Origin: a virus | Taxonomy: Duplodnaviria > Caudoviricetes | Length of the DNA stretch: 64,000 bases | Virus record (IMG/VR): IMGVR_UViG_3300031992_000029 | Coordinates: 64,001-128,000 of that record | Reading direction: 5' to 3' (one strand) | In this document: one piece after another, positions 9,200 to 18,030 of the stretch | Layout: each line of letters begins with the position of its first letter | Position numbering within the stretch: the first letter of the stretch is position 1 | Made by a program: the position numbers and the translations under genes | Notes under the pieces: generated by a model | Databases searched by the model: none | What the model was told of the DNA's origin: nothing | Seen by the model: only the letters and a program-made list of their open reading frames with translations

Positions 9200-12192
9200 T
9201 ACGTTGCTTTTGATTCACCGTTTACATTCTGCCATCTACGCATACTGTATTCGGCTTTCCTTTCTTTTGAATATGAACGTACCGGTGTGTAAAACCCTAC
9301 GATCCTCGTGTATTCAGTTGCAATCGGCTTCCCGCATACAGGACATGTCGTTCCGTAGAATGCATGGTTGCTTTCACACGCCTGAATCTTAGTATTGAAT
9401 GCGAAGTATGTAACACCGGCGTCTGCAATATAGTTGACCATATCCCATGCTTTATCGAAGCTGTCAAAAGGTGCGTCGATATTATAGTGGAGAATTGATC
9501 CGCCGTTGCAGTATCCGTCGAACTCTGCGGCGATTCTTACTCTCTCCTGACCAGTTGTTTGGATTCCGAGAGGAATGAACTGATTGCCGTATAGAGGAAG
9601 ATCATAAATGTTAGCTTCTGGATAGAAGAATTTATCTTTTTGCATTAACTTAGCAGCAGCGGATTCACCTGGGATTTGCTCGGTGTTAATCATGTAGTCG
9701 CATCCGTATTTAGCAATGAATTCGTCTGCTGTTTGACGCATTGTCTTAAAGATCATATTGCCGAACCTTGACGCATCATCTGTATAGAATGTGTTACCGA
9801 ACTCGTCTAATTTTATATAACCAAATTTCTTCATTGTCTCGTATATTCCGATGAAGCCCACCGTGGAGTAGCAAGATTTGAAGTCTATAAGATTATGATC
9901 AAAGTTGGGAAGTAGATGTTTGTCTACATTCCTACTGATGATATGTCTCACTCTATCGAGAGCGCACAGGTCAATCCACACTCTCTCTTTAAGAGCGTCC
10001 AGGTATTCTTCCTCACTAGATGTATCAAGCGCGATTCTTGCAAGGTTTACTGTAGACACCTTTATTGAGCCGACTTTTAACGCCGTCCCGCCAATTGAGT
10101 TAAAATACCCGAGGTCTTTGATATTCGATTTTAAACGACAGTTGTGTGTAATGATTCCATTTGGAAGTGTAAAGTACGGTTCACTTTCAGGCATTTCAAA
10201 ACAATAGCAGTATTCATCTGACGATTCAGATTCTTCTATTGATTTAATCTTGAAGTAAATCGAATTATTTCTTTTCACATACACATCAGATCTTGTTCTC
10301 TTGTTATGTGACTCGTACCATCTAATGCAGTAGACAGGATAGTTCCTACTAAAAGACTGTCCTCTAATAACTATGCTACCGTCACCAGTTCTATCAGAGC
10401 GATCAATAATGCTTTGTAGGCCAAGGGAATTAAGAAGCACTTCAATATCTTCTACAAGTCCACTGGACGTTGTATAAATCCTGTTACTATTACCGCCGTC
10501 AGTCAGATAGTATCCATCTAAGATTCCTTTTCTGAATTCATAAGACTGAAGTAGGCAATCAAGATTTAACCTCTTCTCAAAACAATACTTTCCAGAAACA
10601 AATTGCCTGATAAACATTGCAACCGTATTACTAGAAATCATTACGGGATAAACATTGTTGTAGGGAGTATAAAGTTTAAAATCTTTAACCTCTCCGAGTT
10701 GATTTTTAGCAACATTAATTATCTCGCAAGACCTTTCGTACTTCTCTTGATTCAGCGACAATGAGACTCCGGTTGCGTATCCATCTTCGTCTTCATTACT
10801 CATTGAGCCGTCGCCAAGGTACATACCGATTAAATACCCCTGCTCGTATGTCAGACGATTATCTACCTCTTTAACGCTATTTAGCTCACAGTTATTGAAA
10901 AGCAAATAATCTTCCGTAGAGAGTTCTGTAGTAGGAATATCGCCTCTTAAAGTTGGATTTAAGTGATTATCTGTTACAATAATTTCTTTATTATTTGCTG
11001 TTGTAATCTTATACATGGGTCTTTTAGGAAGCCTTATGGCCTTACCTTTTACCCATGATCCGTTATGATATACGGTGAAGTTTCTTTTCGTCTGGTTGTA
11101 TGGGGCATCGTATAATTCTCTAAAGGTCATATAATTAACTCCGTTTGAGGACTTTGTTAAAACCTTTTGAGATCCATCAAAGCAACAGTTACTTAACGAA
11201 CTAACGCTTGTGTCAACAAACAAGTTACTATCTGACCACTTCATATTGTGTGCAATTGCCCAGCGAGCAAATTCCTCGTCTACGAACTTTCCGTCCTTTC
11301 TTAAAAGAGAAATTGTACTTACAGGGAATGTGAACATGTTTGTTGAGCGAATCTCAGACATGACTTCCATATACCATTTTTGGAACTCAATAATTTCTTC
11401 TTCGTAGTCAATCATGAATTCGCCGTTAGGAAATTCTGCGCCACCAAACAACGCTTCAAAGTACGGTCTGTCGAAGACTGATGTATTAGTAAATGCTGAC
11501 TGACTGCCGTCCCTTACGTATGGCTGGTTTACCGCATATATGAATCTTTGGCAGTTCTGTTTTGCGTAGTACTCTCCATTATTACTTGACCTTATTCCGA
11601 GATAATCTTCGTCTAAATCCTTTTTCCAGAAATAGAACATGTAAGGAATAATGTTGGGCAGACCCACGGCGCCGCTAGTTCGATTACAAGCAAAACTAAC
11701 AAATTCCTTAATAAAATCTACGAATGTGGTTAAATGATTGGCAGGGCATGCGTTCTGCCCATCAATAAAATATAGCCCTTTTTCTGCAAGATCTTTTAAA
11801 TCGTAAGCGAAACAGTACGAGCGAAATGTTGAAGAACTCGCATCATGCATATAAAGCTGCCCGAGCCATTCAGCTTCAAGCCATCTATTCGCTGCTGCAA
11901 ACCCAAACTTCTTCTTAATCTCGTAGTAAATCTTATTGAACGCAAGCAGTTTTTCATGCGGCTTAGGCATCTCCCTCTCAAGAGTAACAATGTCCTTATG
12001 GCTCACATTGCTATTTCCGTCGATACTAGCGTCCGCAACGGTATCTCTATCAACAAAGTTATCAATAAAGTCCGTGTAACTGATTTGCGCGTCGTCAAAT
12101 CCGTTTAGCCTTGCAATATCTGTTCCGTATTTATCTTGTAACTGGTTATATTTTGCTGTAAAATTCTTATCTAAATTGATGTTAATTCTCAT
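9199..12192 (-). CDS. nrdD: Class III anaerobic ribonucleotide reductase with intein
   Basis: YMHD, YCFAYD, TFPV, SNC|intein|CRL, EQIPGES, C-terminal CPVCG and glycyl-radical RIVGFY. Confidence 0.95.
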   Translation of the reverse strand: MRININLDKNFTAKYNQLQDKYGTDIARLNGFDDAQISYTDFIDNFVDRDTVADASIDGNSNVSHKDIVTLEREMPKPHEKLLAFNKIYYEIKKKFGFAAANRWLEAEWLGQLYMHDASSSTFRSYCFAYDLKDLAEKGLYFIDGQNACPANHLTTFVDFIKEFVSFACNRTSGAVGLPNIIPYMFYFWKKDLDEDYLGIRSSNNGEYYAKQNCQRFIYAVNQPYVRDGSQSAFTNTSVFDRPYFEALFGGAEFPNGEFMIDYEEEIIEFQKWYMEVMSEIRSTNMFTFPVSTISLLRKDGKFVDEEFARWAIAHNMKWSDSNLFVDTSVSSLSNCCFDGSQKVLTKSSNGVNYMTFRELYDAPYNQTKRNFTVYHNGSWVKGKAIRLPKRPMYKITTANNKEIIVTDNHLNPTLRGDIPTTELSTEDYLLFNNCELNSVKEVDNRLTYEQGYLIGMYLGDGSMSNEDEDGYATGVSLSLNQEKYERSCEIINVAKNQLGEVKDFKLYTPYNNVYPVMISSNTVAMFIRQFVSGKYCFEKRLNLDCLLQSYEFRKGILDGYYLTDGGNSNRIYTTSSGLVEDIEVLLNSLGLQSIIDRSDRTGDGSIVIRGQSFSRNYPVYCIRWYESHNKRTRSDVYVKRNNSIYFKIKSIEESESSDEYCYCFEMPESEPYFTLPNGIITHNCRLKSNIKDLGYFNSIGGTALKVGSIKVSTVNLARIALDTSSEEEYLDALKERVWIDLCALDRVRHIISRNVDKHLLPNFDHNLIDFKSCYSTVGFIGIYETMKKFGYIKLDEFGNTFYTDDASRFGNMIFKTMRQTADEFIAKYGCDYMINTEQIPGESAAAKLMQKDKFFYPEANIYDLPLYGNQFIPLGIQTTGQERVRIAAEFDGYCNGGSILHYNIDAPFDSFDKAWDMVNYIADAGVTYFAFNTKIQACESNHAFYGTTCPVCGKPIATEYTRIVGFYTPVRSYSKERKAEYSMRRWQNVNGESKAT
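10141..11184 (-). mobile_element. Intein (348 aa) with LAGLIDADG homing endonuclease, inside nrdD
   Basis: Begins CFDG, TDNH block B, LAGLIDADG-like LIGMYLGDGS and ILDGYYLTDGG, ends THN followed by +1 Cys. Confidence 0.92.
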
Positions 12193-12412
12193 GTTGACTT
12201 ATCCATTTGTTTGCTTCGGAAAACTCCATGCATACGCCGTCAACCTCAAGAATCGGTGCTGTCATAAATCCCTTGGCAATCATCAAATCTTCGTCATATA
12301 CCTGAGAATATGTAATATGTTTTGCATCCATCTTCTTTTTAAGTACAGCGCATCTGGGGCATCCAGTGGTGTATAAAATTATATTTTCCATTCCATTCAT
12401 TCCTTTAGACAA
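12182..12412 (-). CDS. Glutaredoxin/NrdH-like redoxin
   Basis: YTTGCPRC and TAP.L.VDG; directly upstream of nrdD. Confidence 0.85.
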   Translation of the reverse strand: MSKGMNGMENIILYTTGCPRCAVLKKKMDAKHITYSQVYDEDLMIAKGFMTAPILEVDGVCMEFSEANKWISQHEN

Positions 12413-12593
12413 CTACTACTCTTTCGAATTCACCAAGCGGATAAATACCTACCCACTGCTTTTTATTAATCACAACGAATATTTTCCCGTCGTAATAATA
12501 ATCTGTGTACTCGTCAGGGTCCCACGTATCTACATCACCGTTATTGTGATATACATATACGCTTCTTTTCTTTGCCTTTTTATCCTTTTTCAT
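12405..12593 (-). CDS. Hypothetical protein
   Basis: Operon context. Confidence 0.5.
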   Translation of the reverse strand: MKKDKKAKKRSVYVYHNNGDVDTWDPDEYTDYYYDGKIFVVINKKQWVGIYPLGEFERVVVV

Positions 12594-12595
12594 TA

Positions 12596-13306
12596 TTACT
12601 CCTCAAGATTATCAGCGTGTTGACTAACCCAACCTCTATAATTAGTCGTAAGTTCACAAATCCGGGCTCTCTCCTGCCCCTCGAAATGTTTAATATACTT
12701 ATCAAACCCACTGAGATTCTTATTTGCAAGGTCACACTGTAGTGTATGTCCTATAACTATTACTTTTGTGTTGTCTTTCACCCTAGTAAGCACAGTTTTC
12801 AACTGTGAAACTGTAAAATTCTGAGCCTCGTCTATAATTACAACAGCGTCATCAAGATTTACACCTCTCATAAACGTATCTGTCATACATGTGATGTGTG
12901 CAGATCCGTTTTTACTCGAATCAATGCCGTCATAATCCTTAACTGCGACGTGTGGCATCACGTTACATGTTATTAAAGCCTCAAAAAACGGTGTAAAATA
13001 CACAGAAGACTTCTGCGACATGTCACCAGGCAGATACCCTTGCTTTCTTTCGCCATATGGAGACACAATATATATGATTTCGTTGTATTTTCCGTGTTGG
13101 ACAAGCAATTCAGCCACCCCCGTAGCTATTGTTGTCTTGCCAGTACCGGCTTTTGCATTACAAAACACTATATCGTTGTCATCTTCCCATATAGAATTGG
13201 CAAAATATGCCTGATTCTCATCCAATCTCATTCCGTAGAAGAAATTTGTGTCAAATCTTTCTGGTTCTTTGTATTTTTCGACCACACTTTTCTTTTTACT
13301 AGCCAA
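12596..13306 (-). CDS. phoH: PhoH-family ATPase
   Basis: AKAGTGKT, GYLPGD, FMRG, IIDEAQN, LTR, G..LQCD motifs. Confidence 0.92.
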   Translation of the reverse strand: MASKKKSVVEKYKEPERFDTNFFYGMRLDENQAYFANSIWEDDNDIVFCNAKAGTGKTTIATGVAELLVQHGKYNEIIYIVSPYGERKQGYLPGDMSQKSSVYFTPFFEALITCNVMPHVAVKDYDGIDSSKNGSAHITCMTDTFMRGVNLDDAVVIIDEAQNFTVSQLKTVLTRVKDNTKVIVIGHTLQCDLANKNLSGFDKYIKHFEGQERARICELTTNYRGWVSQHADNLEE

Positions 13307-13321
13307 AATTGATCGCCCCCT

Positions 13322-13975
13322 TTATAAAATTTCATCAAGCGAGCAATCTTTGCCAATGATATAGTCGACTACGCCCTTTTCTTTGGCCTCATCGGCAAAC
13401 ATATACCATTCGACTCTCTTTTTTGACTCGTATTCCTCCTCTGTAATCGAAGTTCTTTCGAGAATATAGCCCTTTATCCTATCATTTGCCTTTACCATGA
13501 ACTCAACTTCGTCCTGTACCTTAAGTTGAGACCCCATAGACATACCGGACCCATCATGAATAAGAAACCTCGTATTCTCGAATGCGTAGCGTTTATGGCC
13601 TGCCATATTAATAAGTGATCCCATGCTGTACGAGTATCCAGCGTTGATAATATACACAGGTGTTTTGCTCTGTAGGATCAAATCAATAATCTGGAACCCT
13701 GTTTCTTCTTCGCCACCAGCCGTTGAAAGAAAAATCTTAATCGGAACCCTTTCTTCGACCGGAATGCCGGCATCATCCTTATTAAATCTTAGAATATTTC
13801 TAATTGCCTCTTTCACAGATAAACTTTCGCTCATGATGTTCGAGTCAAGAAAGATAATTCTGTTTTTAATATCCTTAATTTCTAGTGAATCCCAGAAATC
13901 ACAATTCTTCTTCGGAATTTTGTAATCGAAATATCCTTTTTCAGTAGTCTCTGCCATATATAATGTTCTCCTCAA
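13322..13975 (-). CDS. clpP: ClpP-like protease subunit
   Basis: RIIFL, PIKIFLST.GG, YSMGS (catalytic Ser), FLIHDG (His), A.EAKEKG.VD. Confidence 0.85.
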   Translation of the reverse strand: MRRTLYMAETTEKGYFDYKIPKKNCDFWDSLEIKDIKNRIIFLDSNIMSESLSVKEAIRNILRFNKDDAGIPVEERVPIKIFLSTAGGEEETGFQIIDLILQSKTPVYIINAGYSYSMGSLINMAGHKRYAFENTRFLIHDGSGMSMGSQLKVQDEVEFMVKANDRIKGYILERTSITEEEYESKKRVEWYMFADEAKEKGVVDYIIGKDCSLDEIL

Positions 13976-14501
13976 CGAATTTAGTTATTTTTGCCCGTAA
14001 ATCTTCAAGAGAACCATCGTTAATGATAGTGTAATCCGGCTCTACATCATCTAAAGCGGTCTCAGAGATATGGGCATTTTGTTTTTTAGTAAGCCCGTTA
14101 TCAAAATCAGGTCTTACAACACGAAGATGTGTCGTAAAGAAGCCATTATTCCTGAGGCATTCAATCTCGTTTGGAAATCTGGTATCTGGTATAAGGACAA
14201 AGTCCCATTCGCTTCCAAAGAAGTTAAGCATATCAACTATGAAGTAACACCAGTAGTCAGTAACTTTGCTCCTTACTACATCTGTACCTACATACTGTAG
14301 GAGAGCCCTTCCTTTATCATCTTTTCTGCCATCCCAGTCGAAAAAATTCTTACATACATATTTTACAAGGTCGCCGTAGTGGGTGATTAGCACCCTGTAT
14401 CCATGATCTGTGAGGTATTCATTCAACATCTCTGCGCAGGTATCTTTTCCGTGCCTGGCCTTACCAGAAATGGGAATTACCCTCAATATAACCACCTCCA
14501 T
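13941..14501 (-). CDS. Deoxynucleoside monophosphate kinase
   Basis: ISGKARHGKDT, R.LLQYVGTDV.R, DTRFPNE, HISE motifs. Confidence 0.85.
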   Translation of the reverse strand: MEVVILRVIPISGKARHGKDTCAEMLNEYLTDHGYRVLITHYGDLVKYVCKNFFDWDGRKDDKGRALLQYVGTDVVRSKVTDYWCYFIVDMLNFFGSEWDFVLIPDTRFPNEIECLRNNGFFTTHLRVVRPDFDNGLTKKQNAHISETALDDVEPDYTIINDGSLEDLRAKITKFVEENIIYGRDY

Positions 14502-14644
14502 TTGATTTTTATTTGTGCGTAGCGAGCCGGATCTATATAACTTACGCTACGCACACACTCAGTTAACGCTTCTATATAAATTAAACGTGGTGTCTTGTGA
14601 GAGGAGCCGAAACACCACACTCAATTTCATCGCTTCTTATATTT

Positions 14645-15151
14645 TTAAAACGAAATAGCAGTAGTTGTTTTTCTGCTTGTGCAATACGATACTTTATAGT
14701 CCGTTTCTGCAAACACGTTCTTGGCAATAGTCTGATATAGCGTAGAACAAATGCCGTTTGCGTCAAGTAAGCTATCATTAAAGTATTGAACTACTTCCTT
14801 TGCGAAAATTACATACGTAATTTTCCCCATAAACGGCGTATCAATTTCTCTAACCGAATCAACTACAGGATTTCCTCTAAATGCAAGCCTGTATAGATTG
14901 TCATTCGGCATACCGAAGATTTCGTTAGACGGGATAACTGTGATTTTTAGAATAAGAGCACCAAAAACCTTTTCCTCTGGAAGAAGTTTTGAAAGCGCAT
15001 ATGCTTTTGCTGGATTGTCTACATATAATTTGATTTCTGGCGCTTCTTCATCGTAAACAATTGTAATTTCCCTGTCCCTTTCAAACAGACATGTAAGTTC
15101 TTTGTAATAAATATTCCATGGTGAACATAATTTAAGCGTTGCCATATACAA
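14645..15151 (-). CDS. Hypothetical phage protein
   Basis: 168-aa ORF with RBS GGAG. Confidence 0.6.
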   Translation of the reverse strand: MYMATLKLCSPWNIYYKELTCLFERDREITIVYDEEAPEIKLYVDNPAKAYALSKLLPEEKVFGALILKITVIPSNEIFGMPNDNLYRLAFRGNPVVDSVREIDTPFMGKITYVIFAKEVVQYFNDSLLDANGICSTLYQTIAKNVFAETDYKVSYCTSRKTTTAISF

Positions 15152-15165
15152 TCTCCATTGTTTTT

Positions 15166-15402
15166 TTAGTCGTAATATTCAATTTTTATAATTGGTGTAT
15201 CGCTCTCATAATATTCCAATATTCCAGGCCCGTAATAATCTATGAACGATAGTTGCTCACCAACAACTGCATTAATGGAAGACTCGTCGATCTCATTTAG
15301 ATTCCAATGATTTCCTTTATGCCTGGTACACCACGCTTCGTTATCACGGTAGTGAAAATAAAATCTTGTTCCATCTTTAACATACACTGTCATCGTTCTC
15401 AC
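15166..15402 (-). CDS. Hypothetical protein
   Basis: Operon context. Confidence 0.5.
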   Translation of the reverse strand: MRTMTVYVKDGTRFYFHYRDNEAWCTRHKGNHWNLNEIDESSINAVVGEQLSFIDYYGPGILEYYESDTPIIKIEYYD

Positions 15403-15413
15403 TATAAAACCCT

Positions 15414-15787
15414 CTAATACATAATGACCATTAATGGATTATTATACTTTTTACTTAATTCGATATTGTATTGTGTCCCCTTAGATTTACCATCCCAGAA
15501 AAGCACATATCCTCTGTTCTTAAATCCAGATATAAACTGATGCATTTTTCATTTCTAATAAACCCGGCACTCTTCCCGTACTTGTCCCATTCCGCTTTAA
15601 ACTCTACGAACTCTAACCCATTATCTTTTGCATATCGCTCAGCTAATGTATCAGCTCCTCTCGCGCCGCCAGATACGATACAAATATTGTCACCGTACCT
15701 GGCAGTTAACCGCCTTATTTCTTTGGAAAGGAGGTCGTAGTCGTAAAATGTTCGCGTTCCTGCAACTAAAAGGTAAAATTTCTCCAT
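15414..15787 (-). CDS. SLOG/DUF2493-like protein, frameshifted at an A5 run (15545-15549)
   Basis: VAGTR.F.DY, VSGGARGAD.LAE.YA, W..YGKSAG.IRN; the family C-terminus 'FWDGKSKGT' appears in the -1 frame and ends at 15414. Confidence 0.75.
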
Positions 15788-15803
15788 ATTTTCGTGAATA
15801 AAA

Positions 15804-16433
15804 TTAGTCTTTTGTATTGCTTGTAATCAGCTCAGAATGCGGAAGAAGTTCAATCCACTCACAAAATCTGCGCCATTCTGGTAATCTATGGTTCTTTCTT
15901 TGTGCATAAATCGTCTTTAACTGTCTATAATTCGTAGTCATCCTAGCGGTGAGTTCAAATCCTGCCGGGTTTGAATAAATGATTTCAAGATACTTTTCAG
16001 TAATATCATTCTTGTTAGCCTTCGCCTCAACCATCTCGTTATATTCGTTTACTTTCTTCTGCATTATTTCAACGATATCTGGATCAACATACTGGTTATA
16101 AGAGTTTCGAAGATTGAACTTTGTAATTCTGTGCATTGTGCTTTGCGAACTTACAAAGTCAAAGAAGTGATATCTTTCAGCCTCTACCCACGCTTTATTA
16201 CTGAACTTCAAATCAAACTGTACTACCACACCTGTAAGCCATTGGTCGTGCCCAGCTCCTCTCTCCGCCTGTGCGAGAGATTTAATTCCGTTAGTGAGCT
16301 CAAAATTAATCGAGTCTATGTCAGTCGACATTGGGAACTTAGCACCTCTAATGCTGTTATTAAGCCCATATACCGCTGCATTTGTCACCGGTCCATAACT
16401 AAGTACATCAATAACGTCTTGTTCTTTTACCAC
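15804..16433 (-). CDS. thyX: ThyX-like flavin-dependent thymidylate synthase
   Basis: ERY, SQSTMH, TNYRQLK.IY.QR..H.L.EW pattern; nucleotide-metabolism context. Confidence 0.65.
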   Translation of the reverse strand: MVKEQDVIDVLSYGPVTNAAVYGLNNSIRGAKFPMSTDIDSINFELTNGIKSLAQAERGAGHDQWLTGVVVQFDLKFSNKAWVEAERYHFFDFVSSQSTMHRITKFNLRNSYNQYVDPDIVEIMQKKVNEYNEMVEAKANKNDITEKYLEIIYSNPAGFELTARMTTNYRQLKTIYAQRKNHRLPEWRRFCEWIELLPHSELITSNTKD

Positions 16434-16544
16434 ATAACCCCTCCTGTCAATTCTCGGCTGACCAAATGAAGAGCCAGCCGATATATGTAATGTTTATTTT
16501 TATAGTGACTTAGTAAAAAAATAGAACTGTTGTTTTATATGTAT

Positions 16545-16573
16545 ATTATACCATATTTGTAGCAATTTGTCAA
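16545..16573 (-). promoter_or_regulatory. SigA/sigma70 consensus promoter
   Basis: TTGACA-17 nt-TATAAT. Confidence 0.8.
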
Positions 16574-16587
16574 CACAAATCTAATAT

Positions 16588-17559
16588 TTACAGATTAACC
16601 TTTACGTATCCGCCGCTGTTAGACCATCCTGACCATACCGGTGTATCTTTTGGGTTTGCACTTGCAGTCGGAATATGGTCGCACAAATCCATAAGATCTA
16701 CCCATCTAGGCCCCTTACTTCCAGAATCGAGTAGAAATGCCTTACCATCATCTCTCATCTTGACAAGTAATGAATAATGGTTTGCTCTGGTATACCTCTT
16801 ATCTTCTACGCCTGTTTTCTTTGACTTGCTGACGAGTGACACTATGACAGGCATTCCCTTTGCAAGATGTTCCTTAATATCATTATACGAATACTGTGTG
16901 TTGAACTGGTTTACTCTTGTCGAATCGATGCCGACGCTCTTAAGCATCTTCTGACATGCACCAATACTGATTGGACATTTAGCTGTCCCTGTAACTGATG
17001 CAAGTTTATTCTTATAGTATGCAACAGGCATAATACTGTCATCAGCAAATGTAGCCATAACAGCCAACGCAGAACACATTCCGCAACCAGATCCAGATAT
17101 GTTGGCAATACCCTGTGCGTGCTGGTCAAACCCAATATACTTTTTCATGCCACGGGCTGTACTTGTCTCATTAGTTACATACCTCTTTCCGCCATTATCT
17201 TTCTTTACACTTGTAATATTTGTGTGCAGATCTTTTGTAGCGTTAACACGCCACATCACAATATCATAGTCATCGCCAAGTGCTTCTTTTCTTTCCTTAT
17301 CATTTCCGTATTTTCCGGCCCACACATCTTCAGCTGTCTGAACTACCCAAGTAACCTTTTTCTGTACTTCATCATAATAAATTCCGAGAAAGTTCTTTCT
17401 TTCGTCGCCTTTACCGGCGCGGTCTTCAAGTACGAACTGTGCTAGAATTCTAATAAGATTATCATGGTCGCTAAGTATCTCATTTACAGCTTCTGATATC
17501 GTAGGCCAATTAGACTCTGTGATACCATTCGTTAAAATTAACTCAATAATACCCATCAA
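16588..17559 (-). CDS. Cpl-7-repeat + C39-like cysteine peptidase (putative cell-wall hydrolase)
   Basis: Cpl-7-like 'AEDVWAGKYGNDKERKEALG.DY..V..RVN'; SGCG.CS...HY...D triad. Confidence 0.65.
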   Translation of the reverse strand: MMGIIELILTNGITESNWPTISEAVNEILSDHDNLIRILAQFVLEDRAGKGDERKNFLGIYYDEVQKKVTWVVQTAEDVWAGKYGNDKERKEALGDDYDIVMWRVNATKDLHTNITSVKKDNGGKRYVTNETSTARGMKKYIGFDQHAQGIANISGSGCGMCSALAVMATFADDSIMPVAYYKNKLASVTGTAKCPISIGACQKMLKSVGIDSTRVNQFNTQYSYNDIKEHLAKGMPVIVSLVSKSKKTGVEDKRYTRANHYSLLVKMRDDGKAFLLDSGSKGPRWVDLMDLCDHIPTASANPKDTPVWSGWSNSGGYVKVNL

Positions 17560-17573
17560 TTTCCTCCAATATA

Positions 17574-18026
17574 TTAATCATTTTGGTCAGGGCCGAATCC
17601 ACTAATAAAATCGTACAAATCGTCGTTGCCAGATTCAACAACACTATATAACTCGTCGTCGAATGGAAGTTTAGATTCTACTTGTGCTTTCATTTTTCTG
17701 CCATACGACCCGGCCCTGCCAGCGTTCTCATATAATATCTCGTCTACATCTCCTTGTTTTCCCTGTCTAACACCTCTAAACACGATAGAGCTGTTAGTAT
17801 TTGGAAATGTAAGTTTACCGCCATGTACACCAGATACAGCGTAACCTACACGTATGTTATATCTGTGAATAAGATCAATGTTATCCCTTACAAAACGCTG
17901 CCTAACTGACATTGCGAGACCGGCCTTATCCGTAATAACTTCGATATTAAGCGGCTTCTCTGCGCAACGTTTTACAGCGTCGATTAATAAATCATTTGTA
18001 AAAATATCTACTGCTTCTATAGCCAT
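17574..18026 (-). CDS. Hypothetical protein
   Basis: Start reassigned to ATG 18026 just after the dnaE stop. Confidence 0.55.
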   Translation of the reverse strand: MAIEAVDIFTNDLLIDAVKRCAEKPLNIEVITDKAGLAMSVRQRFVRDNIDLIHRYNIRVGYAVSGVHGGKLTFPNTNSSIVFRGVRQGKQGDVDEILYENAGRAGSYGRKMKAQVESKLPFDDELYSVVESGNDDLYDFISGFGPDQND

Positions 18027-18030
18027 ATAT

